A stretch of DNA of 64,000 nt from Lingula anatina. Lineage: Eukaryota > Animalia > Brachiopoda. The translations under genes and the position numbers were made by a program. How positions within the stretch are numbered: the first letter of the stretch is position 1; each line of letters opens with the position of its first letter. The stretch spans positions 12,338,001-12,402,000 of the forward strand of contig CM120642.1 of NCBI GenBank assembly GCA_051362555.1, written 5' to 3'. The notes under the pieces are model-generated. The model saw only the letters and a list, made by a program, of their open reading frames with translations. It did no database searches and had not been told where the DNA came from. Positions 1 to 13,100 of this stretch are shown here, piece after piece.

Positions 1-3000
1 GCACTCATTCGCTAATAAAGTTACATTCAATAATGAGAGGTAAAAAACAGGACAGGGACATTGTGTTTGACAACAGATGGAGCCATGTTTCCTGTGATTA
101 AAACTTGATATACGTAGATAAACCATTTCTGTTAGGCCTTTACAACATCCAATGTGACTTTTAAAATGTCTTTATAACAAAACATAAATTCACAGGTGAA
201 GAAGCTGTACAATCTTTGATCAAACAACAGATACATGTAGTTTAAGGTATCTGGTATATCTCTGTACTGATCAATAAATTCAGTCCTTTGTTTTATAAAA
301 ATAGCCCAAACATCACAATACTATCCGTATCATAATGGCATATTCAAGCCATGGTCAGTGTGTAAGCCCTCAACAACTAAACCCTGTTTAGATTGAAAAT
401 CAGTTTCATTTTTCTGACATTTCATCATGCTATATATAGCATAAAGAGGAATAAGCAGACATAGCATTGACCAAACCCTCCTTAACAGACATATATCTGT
501 ATGCATACACCTTCATCTCTGTAAGCTCTGCCTAGACTGACTGGTTTTCTGATAAAAGAAAAATTCAAGTTAATCTAGTTTTACAAAATCCTACTAGTAC
601 ACATAATTTCATTATTCACAAGTGTATCGCTGTTTTGAGGACATCTACTTGATAAAACCAAAATCTATCTCAGCATCAATCTGGCAGCTAGTCCAAGCAA
701 GGAGACAACACTATTTACTGCATATATAGGACATTAAATTTTCTCAGCTTTTATTCCTGGCACATCCAATCCTTAACAATTCATCAAAAACCAATCAATA
801 TCCCAAAGAGAGTGCAAAAATAACCGACCTGACATATATCTCATATCTGAGTTGTTAATCATAAAGAAATTACTAATTTTAAGGAAATATCAATGTAATT
901 TAGACTTCATCCTTGTCATTATTTAATAAGCAATTCTTCTACTGGATCACTGATGAAGTGGCAAATGAGATAGGATATTAGCTATATTTCACAATACATG
1001 AGGCACTGTAAATGGATGCGTATAGCATTTGGCAGAAAAAAAAAGCACATGTATACAGAGTAGCAAGAGCTTGAAACCTTATCAATGTTTACTAAAAAAA
1101 GAAAACAACATCATGCTGCCGTATTATCAAATCTTTCTATGGACTTCATTATCAACACCAATTTATCTCACCAGATATCTCCAAATTCAGACATCTCAAT
1201 GTCTCTCTTATAATACAGACCAGAATCTCATTTCATAAATGAAAGTGAATTCACTTCAGTAATATGATCCATCATGAATGTAATCCTTTGTGGAGGTGTT
1301 GCTGACAAATAACAATGGGATTTCATCAAAACTCAAACATTGTCAAATAAGGTACATTGCAGTGTTATCATTCAATGTAACATACAGGAAGTTCAATCAT
1401 GTCTCTCCAATTTCAACCATAAAAGATATCCAGACACATAAAAACTGACATACACCAAAAGTATAATAAATTTTAGTGGGGCAGTAAGAGGAAGGTCAGG
1501 CTCTATTATATGGAGTAGCAGCCTCCCCCCTCCCCCACCCACCTACAGTACACACACTGGGACCCCTGACGACTTTCTATTATTTCAGTATATTACCGAA
1601 TACAGGAAACAAAAGCACCCCATGGCAATAAGGTGGTATGCAGAGATATATGACACTCACTTTCAGGAAAAAGATGCTTTTAATTGCCAATATGCCACAG
1701 CTCTTACGAAAGTCTCTCTAGCTTAGGGCAGCAAGAGATAGATAATAACTGAAGGACAGCTAATTGTAGGTAAACATGCAATATTACATACTTCAAAGAA
1801 AGTAGCATATCCCATATACCCCGGGTACATATACTTCATCGAGTTATAAGTCAAAACTTCTCTGACAGTTCAAACAGTCAACCTTCAGTCTTAGAGGCTA
1901 GTAACTCACATTCAGGATAATAGACCTACATGGAGAAAGATCTGTAATTTTCTTAATGAATGTTGAAAACCAGCACATATACTACAGCATGGATACAGTT
2001 CCTATTAACTTTATTTCTATGTATGCTATCAATTTTAAAACTATGAGTTAGCACCGTGAAATTGAATTTTATAAATACATCCTCAAAAAAAGGTTTATTT
2101 TTAGCTTTAATGGAAGCAGTCATTCTTTCTCCTCCTACAGTGATTCTAGATACTGAACTCACCGAGTTGGAACAAAGGGGTGAGGTGTTTTTCAGAAACG
2201 CCCTGAATATTCCCACGTCATGTAATATATTGAGGCTAATATTCTCTGTAACTGTAAAAATGTCATACTTGCACTGGAGAAAATTAAACCTCAGGTGGCA
2301 AAATTGCTTAAAGAGAGAATAAAAATTGCACTTTCATGTACACCCCAGGGTTCAGGTCTAATAGTACCTGTCAAGTTGATTTTATTACTTTTGTGACACC
2401 TGCGCTTTCTATTCATACATCAAAGAACTAGCATGTAGTTTACATTTTGTATGAAACTGCTTAAAATAGAAGGTCTAGGTTTTTATTATCAATGTGCTAT
2501 AAAATCCACTTACGAGTACATTTAACATCAAAACCATTTTATATTAATATCTTATTAATAATTAATACCACAGCTTGCTTTTCTCACTCCCTCATTATAT
2601 TTCACTGTGTAGACATTTCTCACCCTGACATTTCTGGGTACTCATTCAAAACCAATTTCTCATATATTAGATCTGTTTCTGCCTAAGTCCCTCCCCATTT
2701 TTATAACCTCCATCTGCCTGCTGTTTTGCTGCAGCTTCAGTCCCACTTCAACTGATAACAATGGTGATATGTTGTCTACATCTCAGACATGGATCACTTG
2801 GTGAAGTACCAAGGTCAAAGAGTTAAAGCATGTGCTTGACATGACAATATATGGCACAGAATACAGTTGGTCACATCTAACACTGACCAACCTGTTTTCC
2901 TTCATTAATTAACTCAAAAAGTTAATCCTCCATCAAATTTTAGTTATGTTGTAGATGAAAATGACAACTGGGAGGGGGGCACTAGTCTTAATTATTAAGC

Positions 3001-4829
3001 AAGACAATGAATTGATTAAAATGTTCACATTTATCACTGATGCCATACTATTTATCAACCCATTGTGACTGATACAAAACAAAGAGGGAGTGAGGTCTTT
3101 ATAAAAGGCTATATCCATGATATCAAAGAAACAATTGTCAAACCTGGTTATAACATACCAGTACAATGGCAGTATCACTTGTTCAGTTGCAGTACAATAT
3201 ATCTTTATGATAAAAAATCTCCGTTTATGCAGAACAAGCCTAATTTAAACAAGATCCGATTATTAAAACACCTTTAAGTTAAAATGAAAATAATCACTCA
3301 CAGTGATCATCTTATATCACATATTTAGTCAGGTATTTAGTGTGTGTATCGGGGCATATTAACCTAAGGGCTAAGCTCTGTTGGTTATTGCACAAATACG
3401 AGGTTCAACATCTGAACTGCAAAACAAGTCCCAAATTAAGTATGCATGGTAACAACATACACAAATTACATGCTATAGATAGTCCAACAGTGACTGAGGC
3501 AGTCATGTGTTTCTACATTCAAAAACAAAGTTTTACCTTTATTTCTGGTGATAGAGATAATTCAAATCAGTCTTGTTACTAGAATGTTATCCTACATGCT
3601 GAACGTGGGTTCCAATCAATAAAAAAGAGATAAGATCTGGACATCAAACTTAAATTTTGCTTCCATTATTCTTGTCCAAACTGTTGTGCTTTTGTTTGAC
3701 AATTCACTGATGTAGAATCAATGCACTTACTAGTAATTGTTCAGATTTGAAGATATAATCAATTAATCTTTCTTGTAAGCCAGGAAGGTATGAAAGGAAC
3801 ACTGGACTAATTGCTACCTTGTTAATCTCTTATCTGTCATATCTACATAAACCACTGAGGTACAAGATGGAGAAGTGAGTGAGTCAACACCAATTAAAAT
3901 ATTTAGGCATATAATGTAAACCTCTCATACAGAGGTTTCTTTTCAAGGTTCTAATATCTATTTATTTTCAAATTTAACTTTAAGTTTCTCAGAGGTTTTA
4001 TTATTATTCTTTCATCTTAAAATTATCAATCAGTTAATAAAATGTGCACAACACCATCTGGTAACCTCATTCCTCATACTGGTATGTCAGAATTTATTTA
4101 TTGGTATTTGTATATTTTTTCTTTGTTAGTGCACGTCAAAGTGAATTGGTATAGGCAAACACGAGATTTTTTAAACTTCATTAGAACTGAATCTACATTT
4201 GTGCACAAGAATCTTTACACAAAACACCTTGTTCATTTTCACTGACAAATTTTAAAATGGCAGTTCCTCCAGCAGTTTAATGGGAGGCTTGTGACAACTT
4301 CAAAAGAAATCTTTCTCTCAGGTCATTCTTAAATAATTTGAAAACAAAAGCTGCCTTACTCTACAGCCTACTTGGCTATTGTAACTGCATCAAATGCATG
4401 ACACACTAAAGGGACTTGTAGGGCTAATTAATTCTAGTGAGCTGATGCTGTGTAGTAATGTCTTTTTTTTCACCTTGGTAAAATTATTATGATCTTGAAG
4501 AGCATCAATACTAAAATAAAATTGCAACTGATATCAACATTATCACACCTGAAAATACATTATTTGCATCAAAGACAGACTGATTTTATTATTAAGACTT
4601 GGGACATTTGCAACGTTACATATCTCTTAAAATATTCTGTGTCGCTTGAAAAAATTCGGATTTTTTCTCGTCAATTTGATATTCACAACCCACTGGTCAT
4701 TAACTGTAATTCTCTTGACAACAACTGCAACCTGCATCATATTATTAGATTTTCAGGAGTTTACACTACTGCCTAGTGAACAGACACTGAGAGAGGAGAC
4801 AACACACGCAGACAGGTGAAATGACTCAC

Positions 4830-5150
4830 CTGTCAATCTAGGAGGGAAGGATAACTGGGTTTGTGTTTATCGTTTACTGACAGCAATCTACTAAGCAATA
4901 ATATCTTAAGCCAAAGAACCATTCACTCACTTTGTTTTAGTATAACTTTATCTTCGTGTTAATCCTCAAAATATTTCTCTGTGGAGGGTGGATCTGTCCT
5001 CTTCTCTTTACGAAGACCGTCTTGTTTCTTAACACGATTAAAACTTCCTTTGATGAAAAGTAAGGAGGAATCTCATTGGATCTGAGTTAAGGAATTTCCC
5101 TGATCAAATAAACCGGAGAAGTTGTCATTTTATAAGCTTATTTATAAGAA
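4830..5150 (-). other. Putative non-coding first exon of a gene divergent from PIN1 (5' boundary approximate)
   Basis: Perfect minus-strand donor CAG|GTGAGT (exon end 4830) about 490 bp from the PIN1 ATG. Bases 1-4829 look intronic and CpG-depleted, with no coding exon recognised. Confidence 0.4.
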
Positions 5151-5296
5151 AAAGACGAATTTGAATGGAATTGCCAAACAAGGAAGGTAGCAGATCGTCG
5201 ACTAACACCTAAAATGTAAATATAGAAAATATTTTGTCAAAGATAATGGCACGCTATTACATTAATCCAATCAACGAGCGCCTTCTATTTAGTTCT

Positions 5297-5326
5297 ACTT
5301 CCTGTGCGCATGCTTGCAAATGGCGG
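5297..5326. promoter_or_regulatory. Housekeeping or bidirectional promoter motif cluster (ETS, NRF1-like, YY1)
   Basis: ACTTCCTG at 5297-5304 (ETS), TGCGCATGC at 5305-5313 (NRF1-like) and AAATGGCGG at 5318-5326 (YY1-like, overlapping the PIN1 ATG). They lie in a locally CpG-retaining patch within CpG-poor DNA. Confidence 0.6.
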
Positions 5327-5371
5327 AAAGTTTGCCTGCTGGTTGGGAAGCTAGAACGAGCCGATCTACAG
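5320..5371 (+). CDS. PIN1: Peptidyl-prolyl cis-trans isomerase Pin1, exon 1 (start of WW domain)
   Basis: ATG at 5320 reads MAESLPAGWEARTSRST-G, followed by a phase-1 donor G|GTAAAG at 5372. LPxGWE is the WW-domain signature. Confidence 0.95.
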
Positions 5372-5765
5372 GTAAAGAAGCTTTTAATTTAGACGAAAGA
5401 AACAAAAAATATTCTGGTTAGGAATGATAGATGATTTCATGGTATTTTTACTTCCGTGTTGTCCAATGACCTAAATTATTCCACTGTCGCCAAGCGGATT
5501 TATTGACAATGTCATTGTCAAAGTGAAATATGAACTGAATCAATAAATAAAACATTTGCAAAATTGCAGCAAATCTTATTGTAAGTGATGGATGTGAGAC
5601 AGCTAGGTGACATAAAACTCCCGGATTTATCTTGTTCTTTTGTTTCGTTCTACCACCCTGATTGTAATGTTTAAGTTAACACATACTAGTACTTTACTAA
5701 AATACTGAAATGAAAATATGTCTTACAGCTTGTATTTCACGTTTTCAAAATCACTTTTATTAAAG

Positions 5766-5957
5766 GTCGCACATATTACCTGAACATCCATACCAAAGAG
5801 AGTATTTGGGAGAAGCCAACAAGGCCAGCAGAAAAGGGCATGGATCAAGTACGCTGCTCTCATCTTCTAGTCAAGCACAGACAGTCCAGGAGACCATCAT
5901 CTTGGAGAGAAGATAACATTACCAGAACCAAGGATGAGGCACTGGACATACTGAAGG
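5766..5957 (+). CDS. PIN1: Pin1 exon 2 (rest of WW domain, start of parvulin PPIase domain)
   Basis: Acceptor TAAAG|. Reads [18 protein letters not shown]...[36 protein letters not shown], including the phosphate-binding K/R/R loop. Donor G|GTAGGT; phases are consistent. Confidence 0.96.
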
Positions 5958-6274
5958 GTAGGTAGTTACACATTTAAAACACACAGACATCTCTGATCTT
6001 GGTGAGGGTTTTACTGGATGATACTTGTAAACACATTGTAAAGAAATATGTCAAGTTTTTCGATGATTTTAGAAAATAAGTCCCATTATTACCTTGCCCA
6101 AAACAGTGACCAGTGATATGAGTGAATTGCACAGTATAACGATGGTATGCTGTTCTTCAGTTTAGTTTAATGGTCATCTAAAAGGGCAGAATGCTACACA
6201 TCTACATTTTTGTTACTAGTACATTAATTTGACTAAAAATTTGTTTTCATATGAAATTTTTATTTTAATCCAAG

Positions 6275-6495
6275 GTTACAGGGACAAAATCGTATCTGGG
6301 GAAGCCAGCTTTGAGCAGCTAGCCAGTCAGTTCAGTGACTGCAGCTCAGCAAAGAAAGGGGGAGACTTGGGACTGTTTGGCCGTGGGCAGATGCAAAAGC
6401 CGTTCGAGGAGGCTGGATTTAGTTTGAAAGTTGGTGAGCTCAGTGAGCCTGTCTGGACTGACTCGGGTGTGCATATCATTCTGAGAACTGGTTAA
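6275..6495 (+). CDS. PIN1: Pin1 exon 3 (PPIase catalytic core to stop); spliced protein 154 aa
   Basis: Reads [73 protein letters not shown], with parvulin motifs [16 protein letters not shown] and GVHII. Exon lengths sum to 52+192+221=465 nt. Confidence 0.97.
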
Positions 6496-7252
6496 GGTTC
6501 CAAGTAAACTTTAAGTTTTGGAAGTGAAGCGGAACTTTATGTAGGAGATTCCTGGTTAAGTTTGGTGAAAGTTCTTGCAGCTGATGTCAAAGATGTACAT
6601 GAGGTGAAATTCTGGAAAGAAAAGAACATTTTTTTTTACTGGTGTCACTTTTTTCTCTCAAAAACGCAATCTTTTGAAATCATGAACTTAATGATTTTAA
6701 GAAGAGTATTTTGCTTGGCTTATGAATATGTTTTGTATTAAATTTTGAGAGAAACATGATGTACTAATTTAGCTGATATTGCAAAATTCAAGGATTTTTA
6801 TATCTTTTTTGTTACTTCTATATGTTACAAGCATGCAAAGCTAGATATGGCTAGGCTAATACTAAAATAATGTCACAAGGCATTCGTTTCTACTAGTTCT
6901 TACAAATGTAATTTATGAACAGTTGTTGGGACAAAAAAATAATTGCAATTTCTAACAGAAAAATCATGATGTGGATATTTCAATTCTTGTTTCTTATAGT
7001 TGTGGTTTTACACATTCTCTGTGGAATAATTCATTCAGTTTAAGAGAAATAGAATTCTTCAAGGTAAAATAACTTATAAGTCTGGTCAGAAGAATATGTG
7101 TAATATAAAAGATTCCATGGAGCTGTTACAAGCTCAGTAACTGTCTTTCTTCTGTGTGAGATTATCCAATGGACCAACATTATGAGCAGTATGTATGTCA
7201 TGTGATGGGAATGGTTATCTATTTGGAGTTGTGCATACAGATATTATGTGCA

Positions 7253-7258
7253 AATAAA
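7253..7258 (+). terminator. Candidate PIN1 polyadenylation signal
   Basis: AATAAA followed by a U/GU-rich tract; a second AATAAA lies at 7403. The CpG-poor domain ends shortly downstream. Confidence 0.45.
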
Positions 7259-9663
7259 ATTAACTGCCATATCCTTTTTGTTTAGCTTTGAGTGGTCTTT
7301 TTTTTAAATAATTATTTTGTAACATACGTAATGGTCTTGCTTATTTCTCTTAATGGCCATGGGACATATTTTGAAGGTGGTCTTAAAACCCAATCAAAAT
7401 GTAATAAAGGTGAACTATACTGCATTACATAAAAGTATTTGTAAGTAACAAGTTGTATATCATTCTAATACCTTCCATCTTGTTTTTTCAGTTATTTTTT
7501 CAGTTTTGTTGCCATTATGTACATGCTATAAATTCTCAAGTATTTATGTTAATTGTCCCATTTTACCAACTGCCAGATAACCTGAACAAAATGCCCTTGC
7601 TTTAAAAATGGAATAATGGAATAATTTAGCATTTAGAGGGAACACAAAATGGGTGTTTTCCTTAAAATTCTATTTTCTTAAGCAATGGTATGGGGGTTTG
7701 TCGACCAAGCCATTTGAGAAATTGCTTTTGTTGAGACAGTTTTCCCAATTGCGTTATGGCAGTTCGTTAACAGGCAAAGCTGTTGGGCTATCGGAATCTA
7801 GGCTATCAGAAGAAAAACGCAAAGAAAATTATTACAAGAAATGGCATCGCGTTATTAGTAAATGCATTAAAAAAACAACTGCCAAAACTTACCCACGGGT
7901 CCCAAATACGGATAACATTAGGACCTTCCAAGCCAATATGAAAGCGTAAAGGCCATCCAAAATGTATTGGGTTGGAAAGAAGCTATAAATCAGTTTTTCA
8001 CCCTGAAAAATAACTTGCCGTCCTTAATTGGAAAATTTGCCCCTTGTGACACTTTTCACGTTGCGGATAACTGAATGATTCAGCCGAATTATTGCCTTGC
8101 TGTCAGCTGTTAAAACTTGCGTCGACGCCCTGCCGCCATTAGCTCCTCTGCACCCCCTACCCCCACCCAACGTTGTACGATTAATTAAGAAATGACATTT
8201 TTGACGTTGATCGAAGTTGTGTTCAGTCGTACCAGGGCATATATGCTTAAGCGATTGCGTCTATTTTTTCATCCATAAGCTAAAAGAGATCGTACATGCA
8301 TGTCTGTAGGGTACATAACACTAATGATTAAACAGATTATAAAACCTAACTTTTTGGAATTGAGACAACAAAATGGTATCAGTCAACCACTAATGAAATC
8401 AATAAATTCTTTGCATTCGGGACCTTCTTTCAAACGACTAAAGTTGATTTTTCAAATAACTGTTAATACGAGATTCTGTCCAAAACATGATTAAGGAGCC
8501 TACCAACTGCAACAAATTTACACGAAGTAGATAATTAATGTTCCTTCAAAGGCAAGTTGTCTGTTGAGATTGATCCGATTTGCGTGTCATGTTTTAATAA
8601 CTTTCTTGCATTTCCTGTGCAATCTTTTTTATTTGATTTAGGCGCAGAATGAAGAGCATTTCCATGCTGTTTAGCCCAAAATTGATTTTAGGAAAAAACT
8701 GATGTTTTGCATAAATGAATAGAATAAGACATTGGATGCCGTTCATGAAAGTCGAAGATCTGATTCAATTAAAAAGAAACAAGTCTCATCCTTGAACGTC
8801 ATTTTAGACTAAAACAGTGCCAAGATTGCAAATAATCCTTTTAGAACCCTTAAGAGAGCCTGATACATGATGATTTCGAATATTTGTAAACGCGTCACAG
8901 CCAAGGTTATATAAATGTGATCCAGGTTTTTTTTATTGCCATGAATTCCAGTTTGACCCACTGACCGTTCAAGATTGATACAAACTGTCACAGAAAAAGG
9001 CGCCGCCAACGGGGTGTCACTTAGTTCAAACACAGCGGAACCCTGTAGCGCTTTATCCAGCGGGTATACTAGCCCGGTTGAGTTGTGTCAAGTTCAAAAT
9101 ACTGACCAGCAATGTAAAGCAGTAATAATAGACAAGCTAGGTCGGTAGGTAGAGAGGGATCAGGTGGTAAGAAGGAAAAGCCCTTTTGTCCTGAAAATGT
9201 TCTTTCTTAATCAAAATGTGATTTAGTTTCTATGACATTTTGCAAATTGGCCCAACTAAGCGGTGAAAATGTCCACTTTTTCAGAAAAAGAACCCACTTT
9301 GAAATTGCTGGTTCGAAAGAAATGGCAATTGAAATACTAATATTTAATAACCACAAGTCACCTGCAACAGTTATAAAGCATACACTGAACATACACTAAA
9401 CGCAACGTCTCGCTCGCATTTGTAATTTTTTAAAACTAACTACGTATACAGAGCCCTTACTGAATATAAGCAATGCTTCTTTATTTGTGATCTAAACGAG
9501 AAAAAGTAATTGCAACATTTATTTTAGATTAGCATTTATCTAACTTACATCGTACAACCAAATTTGGTATTTAGACCCGACTTTTACTCTCTACGTACTT
9601 CTAATCTGTAAAATTTATTCTCCATGACCCTGCGGGTTGACATGCAACCGAACGACCCTTGCG

Positions 9664-9817
9664 TGACGTCATTAGAAACGGCCAGATAAATATCTCCATG
9701 GGTATTTTAAGATCTTGGCTGGTATTTTCTCGGAGTTAAAGTTGTTTCTAAGTAATTGGCAGCTTCCTATTTCAGTTGCCCAAAGGTCTTGTTGAACGCT
9801 ACGTGTCCGGATCAGTT
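9664..9817 (+). promoter_or_regulatory. Candidate distal promoter with CRE and initiator-like motifs
   Basis: Palindromic TGACGTCA at 9664-9671 and TCAGTT at 9772 and 9812, about 200-370 bp upstream of the candidate exon at 10032-10116. Confidence 0.35.
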
Positions 9818-10031
9818 AATATGGCAGGTTATCCTACAAAACTGCATTCCAAACTTGACAGTCGATTAATTCGGCAAACAAGACCGACAAGAAACGAGAA
9901 CTGAACATTTCGCGCCCGTGTTTACACTGTGATTCAAGAGGACTGCAGACATAATACTACTGCGAGGGACTTCTTGTTCAAAAACACTGATGGGAGGTTG
10001 TTGTTGAAATTTTTTTGAGGCACGGGCATAC

Positions 10032-10116
10032 ATGTATTTCAAAATAGACTGCATGAGCACAAACATGATAAAAGAGAAGAGAACCAGGATTAAAGTAGGA
10101 TTCTTCTTTTGCATTG
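10032..10116 (+). CDS. Candidate alternative (distal) first coding exon of the relaxin-family receptor
   Basis: In-frame ATGs at 10032, 10053 and 10065 read (MYFKIDC)MSTNMIKEKRTRIKVGFFFCI, ending in a strong phase-1 donor G|GTGAGT. Splicing to 40840 gives a basic n-region plus hydrophobic [15 protein letters not shown], i.e. a signal peptide. Confidence 0.55.
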
Positions 10117-13100
10117 GTGAGTAAGATATTTATGAGAGAGAGAGAGAGAGGAAGGGAGGGGGAGAGAATGCACCATATGCTGTTCATAATTCTATGCATG
10201 TACATAACAGTACATTTTCAGCAGTATACAACACCGACCTAAGGGCGCAAATTCTTTTATTATTAATTTCATAATCTACGAAAAACGCCTTCTGCTGCTT
10301 TCACAAATAATGCATACATTTTTACAAAACAGTGGACGTTGTCATCGTGTCTGTATTACGTTAAAAAGAAACCTGGTATAAATGTAAACGCGCAGTTAGC
10401 CTCTCCGGCCATCGTTATTGCTTACTATTACACAATGATGGTGTTTTTGGTAATTTCAGCTATATTTTCAAACACTTACAGTATAGATATATCATGAAAC
10501 TTATTAGCGTGGACCGCTGATTGCAATTGGTTCCTTATATTTTTCTTGGCAGAGGCTACTTCTGTGTGCTAATTAGAGGCGAAGCAAACGGATGGGTTCG
10601 CTGCTGACCCTTCCAATATTCAAACACGCCGGTTTTCTAGGCGGCAACAGTTCTCTCTAGATTAATGCGGGTAATTCAAATGTCAGGTTCATTAAGATTT
10701 CCACCCATTGACAGTGAGAGTCAAACTTCACTGAGCCACAGGAACGCGTGAAGTGGACCAGTGGGCACAGGCTGCTGCCCGGACGAAATCCTTTAAACAC
10801 TAGACTGAGAGATAATGAAAAATGACGTCTCAATAATGAGGTTTGTTTACAGGCATTGATACAAAATATTATTTCTTAATTAGATTATCCTTATATGCAA
10901 GATCCATTGTGGACAAAGAATGCTGTCAATCTAAATGTATTACTATTCAATTTAATCTTGTGATTTTGCTATCTCAGATAGAAGCCTAAACCAAGGCAGT
11001 AAAGCTGTCAAATGTACCAAAGAAAGCAGAAAACAATGATGTTAGTGCACAAAAAGGTTAATTAGATGCAAAATTACATACTACCCAAGAGTATAGTCAC
11101 CAACTATTTATGATTTTGTACTACAGGTAACATGAAGGCCTGCAGTGTACATTCAGAAAATGTAAAGAAAATAAGGCCAATGCGATTTCAAGGCCACTCA
11201 CTGAAAATGCCAATATGCGATAGCGAAAAATGAAAAAAAAAAACCTAAAGCTGCGTAATTTCAATAATAATAATAATAATAACAATAAAAATGCAAGATG
11301 GATTAGAAGCTGGTTTTCCAATTTGAGCTGTATTTTTGTTCTAAGAATCATTCATGTAATTTAGAGAATAATAAGTAACACGGTGTCTTTTAAAAGTGGT
11401 GGCAGTGCACAAAATATTACGGGTTTTGAAAATGAAACAAGCAAATGACTTCAGAACCATTCTATTTCAAAGTCTTTCATTGAAAATGCTAATGTGTGAA
11501 AAATGGAAAATTCACCCAAAATTGTATAGCTTCAAACATCCCAATAAAGATGCTACTCGAGGTTGACTATATTTTATTGCTAAAAATCCCTCCAGTAAGT
11601 TTGAGGATAACAAGTTAGCCTACTAGTTTTTCCATAAGTTGGTTATCGGGGAAAAGTGCTTGGCGACGATTGCAGCGACGACAGACACAAGTGATGGACA
11701 TATGTACAGACACTGTATCTGTACATAAAAAGCAATCGAAAAAGAGAAACCAAATGTGCAGTGCGATAAAAGGATTAAACTATAAATTTGGCATGCATTT
11801 AACCGAGACTAACATCCAAAGACATGTAAGTTTCTCTCTTGTGACAGTGAGCTGCCCTTTATCGTCTCTAGTGTTTTGTAACCATGCACGCAACATATCA
11901 CACGAATTAATGAAGGCATTTTTCTGAGGTCCAATGTGTTGTGATATCTAACACAGACAGTTATTATCCGGGCCCAGCATTTGTCACCCTATATATTCAA
12001 AGAGTATCGCAAAGTCATCTACATATCAAAATGGCTTGATGTTTCCAGTAGACACTGTAGCGGATTAGAGCGAGCGTTGATCCCGTGGAACGCAGGGTGG
12101 CAGTGCTGGCTATGACCCTAATCTTCACCCTCTCCGTTGTTATTCGACTTAATTCAGCAAAGAATTAATCTTACTTCAGGCGTCTAACTTGTCATGTCAC
12201 CAGAGTCAAAAATCAAAGCAACAACAGTACCATAAAGTACAATCACGCATTTTTGAATACAAATACATGTGTTTCTTTATAATTTTATAGTGTTTCATTT
12301 GTTTATCAATTTTGTTATCGTCCGTATTGTTATTTTCATTATTTTTTTTCATGTACATCTACCTGCGACAACCTAACAAAACCGTCAGTCATCAATAGAA
12401 TGGATTGTTTTCCGACCTCTTTTATATGTAACTGCTCTCTTCGGGTAATGATCAGCTTTGGCTGATTAAAACTATTAGATCTATATTCTATGATTACTTA
12501 TGAAACGAAAAGCCCAATTGACGTTTCATTGTATAACAATCATTGTATAAAAAAGTTCTATTGTATAGGGAGGCAACTTGTAGTTGAAATCTGTATTCTT
12601 TAAAATCGTCATTTGCAATATTTGTCATATTGAAAAGGACAAAATGATGTCGACAGCGTTCCACTCCGATGCAAGAAACGGTTATGCAACGCTACGTGTA
12701 ACCAAAGTTTTCTCTACAAGGTGAAAAGTTTTCCAACGTAGGGGACAAAAAGTCCAGAACTGATTTTGTCTTCAAAGATGAAAGGGTGTTTTCCAAGAAC
12801 AACGTAAAAGATGAAAATAATATCTGCTCCGTAGGAGATGACTGAAGTGCAAAGCAAAGACACCGAAATCTCACACATCACAAGCGACCTTGCAGTTTTT
12901 CTCTGAATCTAATTACTTCTAAATGTTGCTGATAACTTAGAACTCGAGTGTCATTTGAATGATGAATATGCTACACGCTGGGAAAATTAATAGATTTTAG
13001 GCCCTCCGTTTTTTCTTTTATCAAAATCGTTGACACTTAGGTTATCGACTGGGAGTCGTTTCGCGCATTGAAAAAACGGATGCACTACAATGCACATTTC

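Noticed and set aside
1029-4776. Short ORFs in the first 5 kb
   Set aside because: AT-rich intron-like sequence with no recognisable domain or consistent splice structure.
12640-12850. Purine-rich, weakly self-similar stretch translating to GEKFSNVGDKKSRTDFVFKDE...
   Set aside because: Short, with no start or splice support and no recognisable homology.
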